A DNA stretch of 64,000 bases from Leidyana gryllorum EB-2025a (GCA_048772705.1 JBLWGC010000213.1:186001-250000); one strand, 5' to 3'. Counted from the first letter of the stretch, positions 50,301-62,553 are shown. The notes: generated by a model not told the origin, from the letters alone. Numbers and translations are program-made.

Positions 50301-50606
50301 TCATTGAGTCAAAACACCATCTCTGAGCTGACGGATGGTCTTGAGGAACTCTTCGACTTCCGCCTCCTTGCCAGGGCACTCATTCTCGAGATAGGTCTTC
50401 ACTTTGACACTGATTGCTTTGACGGTCTCCTTGCGTTGTTCCTCGGGCAGATTGGCATAGTGGGACTTGAGGTCGGCAACAACTTCGGGTGTGAGAAGGG
50501 ACTTGAACTTGGCGACAGCGGCTTCGACGTTCTCGTTCACGAGCACCTCCTTGCACTCAGCGATGCGATCCTTGTAGGCAGCAGTAAGAGTCTGGAGGTC
50601 CACCAT
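50301..50606 (-). CDS. Small alpha-helical protein, tandem paralog 2
   Basis: 101 aa, colinear with paralog 1 (LLTPEVVAD and ECPGKEA conserved). Confidence 0.85.
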   Translation of the reverse strand: MVDLQTLTAAYKDRIAECKEVLVNENVEAAVAKFKSLLTPEVVADLKSHYANLPEEQRKETVKAISVKVKTYLENECPGKEAEVEEFLKTIRQLRDGVLTQ

Positions 50607-50731
50607 GATGTAATCGAAGGAGTGTTGGTGTTTATTTGCTTAATAAATTTGATTCGCGTGTCGCGGGGGAGACGCGCGTAGTGTGCGAAGTCTTGATGGG
50701 TTTTTAAGGTGCTTCCAGTTGACGATTTACA

Positions 50732-51966
50732 ATGGTGATGTACATTGGCGAGTTCGAATTTAGAGATGTTACTGAAGCTCTTAGAAGACGTGGAGTACGG
50801 CGAGAGAAGGTTGAATTAGAATCCTATCAGGCTGGAAAAGCTCATCAAATCAGCCAAATATGCTCCGATCAGTCACTCGCCCTGCGCTCCCTTGTGGTAA
50901 CACCAGCCGAACCCCGGATCGCGGCGAACTTACGCCTTCGAGAGGTGAGAGGCTTCGTATTTACTTGACACACACGTTTGTTTGCCAGTGTTTGGAGCAA
51001 TGGGGAGTTCTGAGGAGCTGTCAGGTGGCTCCGCACAAGCCGGTTAGAGTGATTGACTGGCCCTGCATGGGTCTGCAAGCGAGCATCGAGCCTTGTTCAA
51101 TCACATCCCCCCCGAATGCGATCCTTGAACCCTATATCAATGGTACTTGGAAGGTAGAATTCAAGCCCAAAGCACCTGTTCCCTTCATGTGTGACGCCAC
51201 CTACAGTCGCTTCACCGTGCTAAGCGCTGGGGCCTACTGTCCCGAAGAACTGTGTGATGCCGTGGATTGCGCTGACAATTGGCGCATATTGAATAGTATT
51301 AATACTCTGCGACGAAGTGGTCGGTTGCGACTGTCCGAAACTATCAAGAGGATAGCCCAAAGTGAATGGGAGGCTTGCCAACAAATAGCGCGGGTCCTGG
51401 CAATGTCCACCCCGCTACGCCTCTTCTTCGAGGACCTTCGGATTATTTCTGCTTTTAGTGAAGGTATACAACCATTTGTGGCTATCCTCCTCGATATGGG
51501 GGTGTGTCCGCCCATCGAAGACCTATTTGTACCCTCCAATTCTGTCTATGCCCCCCTGGAGACCGATTCGTCCGACTTTTTAGTCGCGACTGAAATTGCA
51601 TTGCTCCTCCAATTGACGAGAGTCGACGCAGTGCGCGATATCGCACGCAGCGTTCAAAAACACAACGCCGCCTACGCTTTGGACCTCGCCACTGCAGCTC
51701 ACACCAGGCGCGATGAACCTCTCTTCCAGCAAATGGCCAGACGACTGCTCATGCGCTTCTTTGTCGGTCGCGCCTTTGCAGACTGTTCTTTGATCTGCGC
51801 CAAATCGCTTCAAGGACACTTGGACGTCTGGATCGTCGACCTCGACGTCAAAGGCTACCAAAAGGTTCGAGAGTGGGCACAGCAGTACGAGGAATGTGTA
51901 CGCTATTGGAGCGCTCATCCTGAGACTCCCCCGGAAAGTGAGGAAGGCAATCGTCGGGATAACTGA
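50732..51966 (+). CDS. IPK1: Divergent inositol-pentakisphosphate 2-kinase
   Basis: YIGE at the N-terminus, VEFKPK, YCPEEL, ADCSLI and IVDLDVK in the order of the Ipk1 motifs (YxGEG, EIKPK, YCPLDL, KDCSI, DLDxK); intron 50945-50988. Confidence 0.65.
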
Positions 51967-54900
51967 TGTCAGTGTCTTTCATAGGTTACGGCCAAACCCG
52001 TATTCCGCCCCCGCCTCCGCCTCCGCCCGCGTCTCCTCCCCCCACCGGCGAGGACAAAACCACAATTGAGCGCGTGCCGTCTGTAATGGACCCACGTAAG
52101 GTAGGTACAGTGCTTCGCGCGCGCGTGTGTGCGTGTGTGTGTTCGTGTGTTCGTTCGGGTGTGTGTGCGCTTGCTGGTCGGATCATCCGATTATTGCAGG
52201 ACCTCCGAGAATCGGGTCCGCTGTCGCTTTTCGAGGAGAGCACCGTGTATGCGCGCAAGGCCGATCAGTGGACCGGGGATTGCTGGTTCGTTAACCGACA
52301 CCGGCCTGCACTGGTTGCCCAAGCTATCACGCGGCACGGGTACGGTGCCAACGATAGTGAGAATAAGATTGACCAAAGTACTTATGAGTCGATGACTGAG
52401 TTTCCGCCGCTCGAGTCGGTAAAAGATCTTGTTGATGACAAATCGAGCCGTAGAGGCGGCAACAAACACCTCGTAACTACTTGCACGTCAACAACCACGG
52501 GCAGCGGTGAGCCTCTGTTAGTGGCCAAGGGCAGTTCGGTAGAGCAACCCGTCGCCGTGCCCGCCCCCGCCGGACCGAAGAGCGTCGATAAGTACCTGAC
52601 TGCACTAGATGACACCGATTCGCTCCCAGAGCCTCCGCCCATAGATCTTCTGTTGCACGGCACCCTTAGAACAACATCGGACGCGTACAACAATTCTTCT
52701 TCTTCTTCGTGGCAAGTCATATCAGTACTTCAGCCGGAGAATGAAAGTTGGGATGACAGTTGGAATATCCCTCGGCCCCCCGAGTCCTCACCTGTAGATC
52801 CACTCTGTGGACTTGGGCTCGAGGAGGTGGCTACGCCGGGCGGCCCCAATAGGGCTGTTGGTGCCAACAGCCACAAGATAGTCAATCGCTGCTCGACAGT
52901 GTCAGTGACAGTGAAGGGCAAACCCGTTGGCGACTCCAACGGAGCCGATGACGAAAGCATTGATGCCTTTCGAGAGCTGAACGCAGACCTCGTCGACGGG
53001 GACCTCAACGACGACAGTGATCCACCCCTATCCCAGTCCGTACCGAGGGTGATTGAGTTTGCGGCGACCCGCGGGGCCCCTGCTGTGGGCAGTGGCCGGC
53101 GGCAGATTGAGCCAAATCTTGCTGAAGCTGCTGCCGGGGCCGACCCGAGTGCGACTCCTCTGCAAATTAGAGCACATCCAGTGGACGAAAGGCGTTGCAC
53201 GGAAAAGAGCGTTGGTGTGGGAAAGGAGAATGTGGTCTCTCCGACGCGAGGAGGAGGGCCGACTCTCGAGCTGCTTCCTCCGGGTGGCGATCTGATGAAG
53301 TCTGGAGATGAAAGTCGTCGTCAAATGACCAATGGAGGCTATAAGGACGACGAGACCCCACTTCCTGTGCGCAGTGCCAATAAGACATTTGCCCCAAACC
53401 GCGTGGTGGACTCGGAAGAGTCGACACGCGACGAGGAGTCGTCAGGAAGACACGTTCGCGAAAGTTGCGGGGCAAACGAGTGCGATCGCGTGGTTGGGAG
53501 AAGCTCGTCTGGTCACGTTCGGCAGAATACGTCAAAGAAAGATACGAGTGTCTGGGCTGGAATTCATAAGAAATCATCTGTAAACCGCAAAGCCGCTCCG
53601 CGTTGGCTCAAGAAGGAAGAGGGAGGGTCGTCCGGTGAGAATATCAACGTTGTCACACTCCTCACGGCAACCCGAGGCGGCGGCGGCGGCAAGAAAATGG
53701 AGAGGAAGAAGAAGATCGATCAGGCCAGCATTCTGGCGAACAGTATGAAGGTCGCCGAAGCGCGTGTCGCCGCCGCCTGCCACCGCTCTGTCAATGTGGA
53801 CGGCTCACCGCTGCAGTCCGAATACAGCTCTGAACTCGATACCACCACAGACTGCTCGCGGCGCTGCCGCGGTGACTTGGTGGCTCTAACTGGCGATGCC
53901 TCGTCAGTGGCCACATCGCAGGCCTACGCCTTAGAGACTGAAGACCTGTCGGCTTCTCAGTCGGGCACGGCTCAGGGATCCTCCCGAATCGCTCCCAATG
54001 AAGACGAGGAGATCGATCCGGTGCACGTCGACATGGAAGACGACGTCGACAGCGGAGACGACGAGACGCTGAATGTGCGGTCGAGCGAGAGTGGTGTTGA
54101 AAGAGAGCGAGACGAGGGGGGCGAGAGGCTCGAAGACGACGGTGGTGAGGCTCAGTCCTCATTCGACGACAAACCCCCCGAAGAGCCTTTCGGAGTGCGA
54201 TGGAAACGTGGCGGATTGGGTCCAATTATCCACTTCAGATCTCTGCCCAAAAACGTTTCAATTAAGATGCCCGCCAAACGTCCGCGGCCACCGGTGTATT
54301 TGAATATCCCAACCGTGGCTCCCTGTGCCCGAACTGCCTCGTCAGTGGCTGAGGAAATCCCTCCCTCGGCCCCCGCCCGCGCACATTCTATCGACAGTCT
54401 CGACGAGTGCGATTACAGTCCGCCAGGATTCGGTCGCTCGAGGACCGTTGACGCCTGCGTCGCGTTGCCGACCAAAGACAAAAAACTCCGACCTCCAGCT
54501 CCACAACATCATCATCCCAATTATAAGTGTCTGGTCCACAATCTCGGACCCGAACGCGCTGAGAGCCCCATTACTGCTTCATCCGTCTCCTCACCCTCCG
54601 CCCCGCCTTCCCCTCAGTGCGACAAACTCGTCATGCCTACAGCTCCGCTCGTACCCAATTACAATGCCAACTTGTACCCCCAATACATACCGCTCCAAAC
54701 AATCACCACTGACCCAGCCGTATACTACGTGGGGCATTCCGCTGAGGAGATAAACAGTAACAACACCACCGCCACCACATATCGGGCCCCCTCCAGCGGC
54801 AGCAGGATGGATCCGAATGCACAGCCATTCGAACAAAGATATTTCAAGCCGTTCGTGCACGACACTCTCTACTATCAGCTGCCTCCCCAGGCCCAGGCTC

Positions 54901-55294
54901 ACCCACCACCACCTCCGCCTCCTCAGCAAACCACAAGATATCGTGCACCGCCCTACCGTCGGCTTCAAAACCTACAAACCCGTCCTCCGGTCCCTCCACC
55001 TCTACCCAACCCGGTCTACAGCCGCTGGGAAGAGGAACAGACTTGGGGCCCACTACGCGCACTGTCTTCGGTTCGGACTCCCCCCACTTGGACGCTCCCA
55101 TCGCTCGAAGGCGAGCATCAAGAGGTAGCCTTACTGAGAGCAGGGCAACGAGTGCTGCGTTTTTAGATAGATAGCTTCAAAGACCCCCAAAAGAATTTAA
55201 TGATTACTTGAGATCCTGCCGACAGATCTCTGGATCTTCGAGCCTGTCACGCGTCTATTCTCAGATTATTGAAGAAGAACGGAAGACGCAGTGA
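51966..55294 (+). CDS. Large low-complexity/disordered hypothetical protein
   Basis: 1066-aa ORF containing a probable in-frame intron 52101-52199; last exon inferred via intron 55124-55174. Confidence 0.6.
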
Positions 55295-55329
55295 TACCAA
55301 CAATGCTCCCACTCTACCGAAGGATTTGC

Positions 55330-55445
55330 CTGTCTGTGTCTGTGTTCGTTTGCGTGTGTGTGTTTGCGTGTTCGTTTGCGTGTGTGTGTTTGCGTGTATT
55401 CTTGTCTGTGTCTCTGAGCCTTTGTCTGTGTGTGTTGGTCTGTCT
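55330..55445. repeat. Degenerate (TG)n/TGTTTGCG microsatellite
   Basis: tgtgtgtttgcgtgttcgtttgcgtgtgtgtgtttgcgtg. Confidence 0.7.
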
Positions 55446-55662
55446 GAGTCTGGTGGTGGCTTGATATGTGGGGTTGATTTCTTTCGATGTTAGGAAGAGA
55501 CTTCAAGGGGCCAATCAAATTAGTTCAAAATCCAGCAGACTGACAGTTGCTTCAGTTTGAGTAATTTTGTAACCCTTATTGAGGTTTGATCACATTATTA
55601 GGTGACCCTTGGTGGTGCAGAGACCGTTTGTAGAAGCAGAGTGTGTCTCCCTCCCTCCTGAA

Positions 55663-56494
55663 ATGACTTGTCTTGAAAGAACCCAGTGTATTGTGACTCC
55701 TCCTCCCCCTCCCCCCTACAAGCCCACCGTGAAGCGGCGGTTGAGTGAAGAGCCCGAGACGCGTCGTTGCCCTAAAGTGAGACGTTGCAGTCTTACGAAC
55801 CCGTCCACGCCTGAGTCAAGCTCTCGGGTTAGGCCCACAGATCAGTCTACCTCAGACCGCGTTAGCAAGACTGAGCCCCGTCACCCTCGTAAATATCACT
55901 CGCTCCCGTCTCCGTCCGACTTCCAAGACCGTGGCCACTCCAGTAGTGACTCATCGCCCTCGGCTTGGCCAATTGGTGAAGCTGCTACTGTTACCTGTCC
56001 CTCTCCTAGTCCGACTAAGAAGGACAGTGCTGTGCAAGGTGACGACGAAAAGTCACCTAACAGAAGCCCTGCTGCTCCTGCGAGAACACCAGACTGTCAA
56101 CGTCAAGCCTCTGAAGCTGCTGAAGAGCTTCTAGGTCAATTTGTTGGTGAAGGAGGATCGCAAAGTTCTCTAAATCCTCTACCAATGGGGAACTGTATAG
56201 CTCGCAAGCATGTTGCTGACAACGTGGTGGAGCCCACTGGCGCCTCTTCCAATCCTCGATCCCAACCTGCCGTTGAAACGCCACGCGACGAAGGCTTAGC
56301 GCAGGCGAACACTGACCTACAGGGTCCCCAGTCCTCCGAGTCGCCGCCAGCGCCGGGCTCCTCTGGCAGTGTCGGGAGCGCCAGACACGGTAATCGCAGA
56401 CGTCTTTCACTTATTCATGCCGAGCCGATCACTCATGCGTCCGAAGAAGTAAGTCAGACAAAGCCACACTCAAATTCACACACACACACTCAAA

Positions 56495-56526
<32 letters not shown>

Positions 56527-57860
56527 AATTCACACACACACGCACACACTCAAGCTCAAACTTAAACTCACACACCGACACGCACACCCACCGACAACTC
56601 CACACATACATTGGTTAGGGACCGCGCGGCACTGCAAAAGTGTATCCCAAGAAGCCCACCAGTCTGGAAACCAAGTTATCACTGGAGGGTGTGCTCGCCC
56701 AAAATGGCGGTGGCACGAGGGTGTCGATAGTCGGAACGGCTTCGCAACGAGTACAGACGAACTTTGAGGTACGATGAGTGTCGATTGGGGGTTATTTATG
56801 TGTGTCGGTGTTGGCAGTCGAAAGTTGAGACGTTGCGTGGTAATGCCCGCGCAACCGTGCTGATGGAGTTGGGTATCGGGCACGTGTGCCGAAAGGGCTT
56901 GAAGCCAGAGAGTCCGAATCAGGATGACTTCTTCGTTTACCACTTGGAGAACGTCGGTTTGTATGGAGTCTTCGACGGTCACGGACCCTTCGGCCATGAT
57001 ATCGCCAACTTTGTCCAGCAAAATCTGCCCAAGTTTCTATACAACCACGAAGAGTTTGAGTCCAACCCACTTGAAGCGATCCGATTCGCTTTCCGCAAAG
57101 TGAGTTGGCGGGTGTCACGACCACTTACGACTTTGCCACTTTCAGACACAAGCAGAGATTGAACGTAGTTGTGAGCGCCGTGACTTTGATGCGGCCCTGT
57201 CGGGCTGCACTGCGACAGTGGTAATTCACGACATGGCCAAGGGTATGTTGTATGTTGGCCATGTTGGAGACTCTCGAGCCGTGATCGGGCGCCGCTGTGA
57301 CGACGACAAGAAAGGCTTGGAGGCGGCGAATTTGACAGAAGACCATAAACCCACTCTCCCGCAAGAGAAAGCCAGAATTGAAGCCCACGGAGGGGAGGTC
57401 AAGCGTTTGGAGGGAGACATCCCTCATCGAGTGTTTCTCAAAGACAAGTTGTACCCGGGCTTGGCTATGTCGAGGTAAAACTCCAATCCGATCTATGCGT
57501 CGCCACACACACTGTCATCAGAGCTCTGGGAGACCTCGTCGCGGGTTCGGCTGGCGTGTCTGCCGAGCCTGACGTCGGTGAATGGAAAATCGATTCAGAC
57601 AAAGATGTATTCCTCATTATTTGTTCCGACGGTGTCTGGGAATTCATTAGTTCCGAGGAGGCTGTTCAAATGGTATCGTCGACGACCAAAGGCAACGTGA
57701 GTCCGACGGCAGTCACTATTCTGCCTTGACATCTCTGTCCTTTCAGCGGACGCAAGTTCAGCATAGTGCTGATCTGTTGGCCCGTGAGAGCTGGAACCGA
57801 TGGATCCAGGAGGAGGCCGATGTCGTTGATGATATCACGGTTGAGGTTATATATTTCTAA
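55663..57860 (+). CDS. PP2C (PPM) protein phosphatase with disordered N-terminus
   Basis: KGLKPESPNQDDF, GVFDGHG, GHVGDSRAV, DHKP, GLAMSR, CSDGVWE and DDIT; several introns. Confidence 0.93.
56466..56610. repeat. (CA)n plus CTCAAATT compound microsatellite inside a PP2C intron
   Basis: ctcaaattcacacacacac occurs three times. Confidence 0.8.
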
Positions 57861-58065
57861 TGTCGCAAGCGAAGTGTACACTTTACCCCGTCAATGTATC
57901 CGTCGTAGATAGTCCACATACAATGAATGTAGTTAGAAGACGGAATTAGTCATTGCCCTGCTGCGGCGCAAAAGAGTGTTGCGAAGCGGCAGCCCTCAGT
58001 AAAATAACCATCAGCGAGTTGCTGCTCAGACATACACACAGGAGGCGACCATCGCAGACAAAGGC

Positions 58066-58226
58066 CACGAAGCCGCGATGCCACACAGCCACGAAGCCGC
58101 GATGCCACACAGGCACGAAGCCGCGATGCCACACAGGCACGAAGCCGCGATGCCACACAGGCACGAAGTCGCGATGCCACACAGGCACGAAGCCGCGAGG
58201 CCACACAGGCACGAAGCCGCGATGCC
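58066..58226. repeat. 24-bp minisatellite, about 6.7 copies
   Basis: Unit CACGAAGCCGCGATGCCACACAGG with single substitutions in three copies; no spacers. Confidence 0.95.
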
Positions 58227-58481
58227 CCAATGCACTCTCCCACAGAGCCCCACAGAGCCCTTTCGACTTGGAGAGGAGAGATCTCTCCTCCGCAAGGCCG
58301 CCCCGTAAGAGAGATATCCAAGTCTAAGTCCAAGTCAGATCCCCTCCGCCTGAGATCTGAGATCTTTGCCGCTTAGATGTGAGAGATCATTATCACAATG
58401 AGATTAAATAAATATATCATTGAAGAGTGTAAACTAACTAAAGCTAATAAAGAGTCTCTCTCTCTTTGGTGAGAGTCTCTC

Positions 58482-60476
58482 TTAGGGTTTGGCCGATTTG
58501 GTCGATCGAGTAGTCACGTTGGACTTTGTGCAGGACTGGAGCTCTGCAGGTTTCATTGACACCGAGGTGGCGATGGGTGCGTGTTTTCGTTTGTCTTGGC
58601 TCGCTGCCTGCGAGGCAGTGAGGATGGCAGTGTGGCGCGGCAGACTTTTGAGGAGAGTGGGCTCGATTCCCTGGAAGTAGCAGTTGATGGAGTGGTCCTT
58701 GATGGAGTCAGCATGCCACACTGGTTCCCTCAACAAGTCAACCAGCGCTTGGCCTTCGAAACGAATCAAAACGCACTGGCCATCCTTTGAAGGGGTCACG
58801 GGGGGTTCCTTCTCGGCGATGAGGAAATGGATTTTTGGAACGATGAGGATAGTCGATCCCGCCGGCATCATCATCTCGTTTTCAGGTGACTCGTGCAGAT
58901 TCATTATTCGGCCGAGAGTGTCGTTCAACATCATCTTCTCATTGCGGATCTGCTGTTCTGTCATCTGCGAGAGCTTAGGGGCGCGGTTGCGTTTGAAGAC
59001 GCGAGAGAACCAGCCGGGCTTCCGGGGCTCCACTCGGTAGCTGTTGACACGCTCGTCCATCTCGCGAGCACGTTGACGTACGAGACGTCTCAGCTCTTTG
59101 AAGGAGATCGGAAGCGATAGGCGGACGAGAGTTAAGTCTCGACGCAACAGAGCCCTGCGATCTGCGCCTTTCATTCTCGGAGCATAAGACTCGGCCGAGG
59201 TGGGCGGCGACGACACTGTGCTCCCTGTCGTCTCGCTCGAGTCATCCACGTCTCCAAAAATGTCGACCGCGTCATCTTCCTCCAATAAGTCGACTTCAGC
59301 ATCACTGGCGGCACTCTCAGAGTCCTCTTCGTCATCACCGTCTCTGTTGTGTATGTCCTTCAAGGATCCGTTTCCGTCAACTCGCCAGCTGGCCGAGAGG
59401 CCGTGTAGGGTGACCAGAAGATCACGAACTGTTCCAAAACTCAGTCGGCTGACAATGTCCCGCCCGTAGATGATGGAATAGATTTGATCTTTGTAGCGAA
59501 TGGCGTCCTTTTGGGACACCACACACGGCGCGCCGAAACTATAGGCTTGGATCTGATGGCGATGCTCTTCCGGTAAGAGATTGATCCACCGGATCGCCAG
59601 GAGCGTAGCGGTGCCTCCGCCCAGGGAATGGCCAACCAGAGTGACCTTCCAGTCTCTACGGCCGTTGCGCAAGTACGACACCAATGTATCACGGATCTCA
59701 ATATCCAAATTCAGAGCGGCCACTTTCATGCCGTGATGCTGGCCAGAGATCTGGCTCGGATTGCAGACAATGTTAGTGATCCAGTCACTCTTTGTGTGGG
59801 ACCCTTGAATGGTAACGATAACTTCTCTGACACTTTCTAAACTATACATCGCGAAGCCGGGTTTCTTGACTTCGGATTTGTCGCGTGACATTAACAATTT
59901 AGCTTTGGGGAAGTAATATTTGACCATTTGGTCAACTTTGGCTTTCTTTCCCAACTTTATCGCCGCCAGAACGTCATGGCTCATCAACGTTTCCGCCGGG
60001 TACACACACGCAGCAAACTTGAGGTACCGCGCGAGACGCGTCAAAAGTTCGGTATCGACGGCAGGATTCACTACGGTCCCCTTACTGAGATTCGGTAAAT
60101 ACGGAACTTGGCACAGTCGCTGTAAGCGCGAGAAAACTTTGAATGTAGAGTACGCTTTCCGCGGAGAGAGCATAAGTAATTGCACAACCAAAGGTCGGAT
60201 TGCTCTAAAGGCGGCCAGATATCCGTGGATACGTCGTCCTATCGCCAAATATCCAACGGTCCCAGCCAGTGTAACTTCGAAATCGGTCAAACCCACACCA
60301 CGTATCCGTGTGACAGAAGCGGACTTTGTCAAACTTGTCGGCGGAGTAGAAGAGGTGGTCGCTTTGGACCCCGAAATCGGCTTCTGCTGTTGACCGTCCT
60401 CGAAACTGTCAGGTGTCTCCGCTGGTGCAAACTTGTCATGAGCAAGCGCGGGCGTCATTGCCACTGCAGCAGTCAT
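58482..60476 (-). CDS. Class 3 (DAG-lipase-like) lipase
   Basis: VIVTIQGS, LVGHSLGGG nucleophile motif, SFGAP, DIVSRLS and DHSINCY; intronless; first ATG at 60476. Confidence 0.9.
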   Translation of the reverse strand: MTAAVAMTPALAHDKFAPAETPDSFEDGQQQKPISGSKATTSSTPPTSLTKSASVTRIRGVGLTDFEVTLAGTVGYLAIGRRIHGYLAAFRAIRPLVVQLLMLSPRKAYSTFKVFSRLQRLCQVPYLPNLSKGTVVNPAVDTELLTRLARYLKFAACVYPAETLMSHDVLAAIKLGKKAKVDQMVKYYFPKAKLLMSRDKSEVKKPGFAMYSLESVREVIVTIQGSHTKSDWITNIVCNPSQISGQHHGMKVAALNLDIEIRDTLVSYLRNGRRDWKVTLVGHSLGGGTATLLAIRWINLLPEEHRHQIQAYSFGAPCVVSQKDAIRYKDQIYSIIYGRDIVSRLSFGTVRDLLVTLHGLSASWRVDGNGSLKDIHNRDGDDEEDSESAASDAEVDLLEEDDAVDIFGDVDDSSETTGSTVSSPPTSAESYAPRMKGADRRALLRRDLTLVRLSLPISFKELRRLVRQRAREMDERVNSYRVEPRKPGWFSRVFKRNRAPKLSQMTEQQIRNEKMMLNDTLGRIMNLHESPENEMMMPAGSTILIVPKIHFLIAEKEPPVTPSKDGQCVLIRFEGQALVDLLREPVWHADSIKDHSINCYFQGIEPTLLKSLPRHTAILTASQAASQDKRKHAPIATSVSMKPAELQSCTKSNVTTRSTKSAKP

Positions 60477-60673
60477 TGCTTCTAATATGAAGAGTAATAA
60501 TACTTCCACCAAAGGGGGGAGATGCTTTGGAGGGGAGATACTTTGAACAGAGAGAGATACTTTTTGTTGATGGAATTCAAAGAGAGACGGCGTCCTCACC
60601 AAGACACCAAAATGACTCTCATTGATGAACAATGGAGAAAGAGAGAGTGTGTATGTGTCTATCCTGCCGGTAT

Positions 60674-62553
60674 CTAAGCTAAGATGTTGAGGATCTTTCC
60701 GACAGCGATGGTTTTGCCTGCGAGACGTTGGTGAAAGGGAAAGATGGATGATTGTGGAGACCTACCCTCATCACGTAAGGTGAAGCGGCCCAATTGAGGA
60801 CGAACGGAGAAGGGTTCCAGACACATCACCTGCCCCTCGGCGAGCTGTAGAAGACATTATTGGGTCTAGAATAAGTCGGTCTCACCTTAAGTCGGCAAGT
60901 GAGAATGACATCTGCCCGGACAAACGCGGGGCGTTTCTGCTTCTTTTTGGTACTGCGGTGGACGGCCTCGAGCAGTTTGTCAACCTCGACCTCTTCACAA
61001 GCCGTATGGGCGTGCATGACTGGAGGCGGTGATGGCAAGGGGAAAGTATCGATTGATGGCGACTTACCGGCTTTGTATCCGCTGGTCAGGATGGGTCGGT
61101 GCTCCAGGAGCTCAACAACGACCATTTGGACCTCGAAAACGCGAGCAATTGACACTCTCTGGTTGATGGAGGAAAGGACGCATCCTTTGCGGATGGCGTC
61201 TTCTTCGACTCCGAGGAGACGCAGCTCGACGTTCTCACCGGGTTTGGCGTAGGCGTAGTCGTCCTCGTTGCTCCGGACGCCGAGAATTTTGACTTTCTGT
61301 CTGCTGGGCATCAGGAGCGCGGGCTGGTCCACCATAGCCACCCCGGACTCAACTTTGCCCACAGCCATGACGCCACCGTCTTTGTAGCCCGCGAGGAGCG
61401 GGATTCTCAGAGGACCAGTTGAGTCTCTCTTGGGGGGAGTGATAGCACTGAGGATTTCGAGCAGAGTGGGCTTCTCACGGGGATACCAGCTCGCCTTGGG
61501 CTCGTAGCACTTGTGATCCTTATCAGCGACGTGGTAGAGGACGTTGTGGCCATTGAGACCAGACATGGGGACAAAGGAGACATCCTTGCCGAAGCCGCAG
61601 GATCTCAAGAAGACAGTGAGTTTGGTGACAATATCCTCATATCGCTGCTCGCTCCACTGCACTGTGGTCTCATCCATCTTATTGACGGCGACGACCAGTT
61701 TGTCCACACCGAGTGTCTTTGCCAACATGGCGTGTTCACGGGTCTGACCCCCGCGTTCGAAACCGGCTTCGAACTCGCCTTTTCTGGCACTGATGATTAA
61801 GACACCCACATCAGCCTGGGCAGCACCCGCCAACATTTCAGGGACGAAACCTTTGTGGCCCGGAGCATCCAGGATGGTGTAGCGAACGTGATCCAAGTGG
61901 AATGCTGCGCGTCCAACTTCAACGGTTTTACCCTTAGTTCTCTCCTCCTCATTTATATCCATAACGTACGCGTAGTACCAAGTGTCACGGTTCTTCTCTT
62001 TCGCCTCTCTCTCGTACTTCTCGATGGTACGAGCGTCCACTTGGCCGGTGCTGAAGAGGATGTTACCACAGGTGGTACTCTTTCCGGCATCGACGTGACC
62101 AATGAACACCACATTCATGTGGGGTCTCTCATCGGGTTCCTTCAGACCCTTTTTGAGCAGCTTGGCGACAGCCTCTTCAGTGAAAGTCACGTCAGCTTCG
62201 TCCTCGTCAACCCCTCCCGCAGTGACCACGTCACCCAAATTCTCACGCACGGCACTGCCCCGTCGCTGTTGACCGGCTGGTGCGGCCGCAGCCTGAGTTT
62301 GAGCCGCAGGTGCAGCACTCGCAGACTCCTCCTGCGCCTCTTCGACCTCTGCTTTGTCAGTGACCTCCTCCTCCTCCTCCTCGTCGCTCAGAGCATCAAA
62401 GGTGTCCTCCTCCTTGTTGGGGACCTCCTCGTCCTGCTGCTCGACAACAACATCCTCGGTATCACAGACACGGGCGTCGGAACCACCAGGTAACTCATTC
62501 TGGTCTGTTTCTGTGTGTTCCCCAGTGGGGGGGACGTACTGTTCCTCCTCCAT
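60674..62553 (-). CDS. SUP35: Eukaryotic release factor 3 (GTPase)
   Basis: VVFIGHVDAGKST, KGKTVEVGRA, DAPGH, SARKGEFEAGFERGGQTREH, NKMD and LGRFTLRDEGKTIAVGK after 3 introns. Confidence 0.95.

Noticed and set aside
58066-58226. CRISPR-like array or repeat-protein ORFs
   Set aside because: Units are head-to-tail with no unique spacers and there are no cas genes; frames stay open only because the 24-bp unit has no stops
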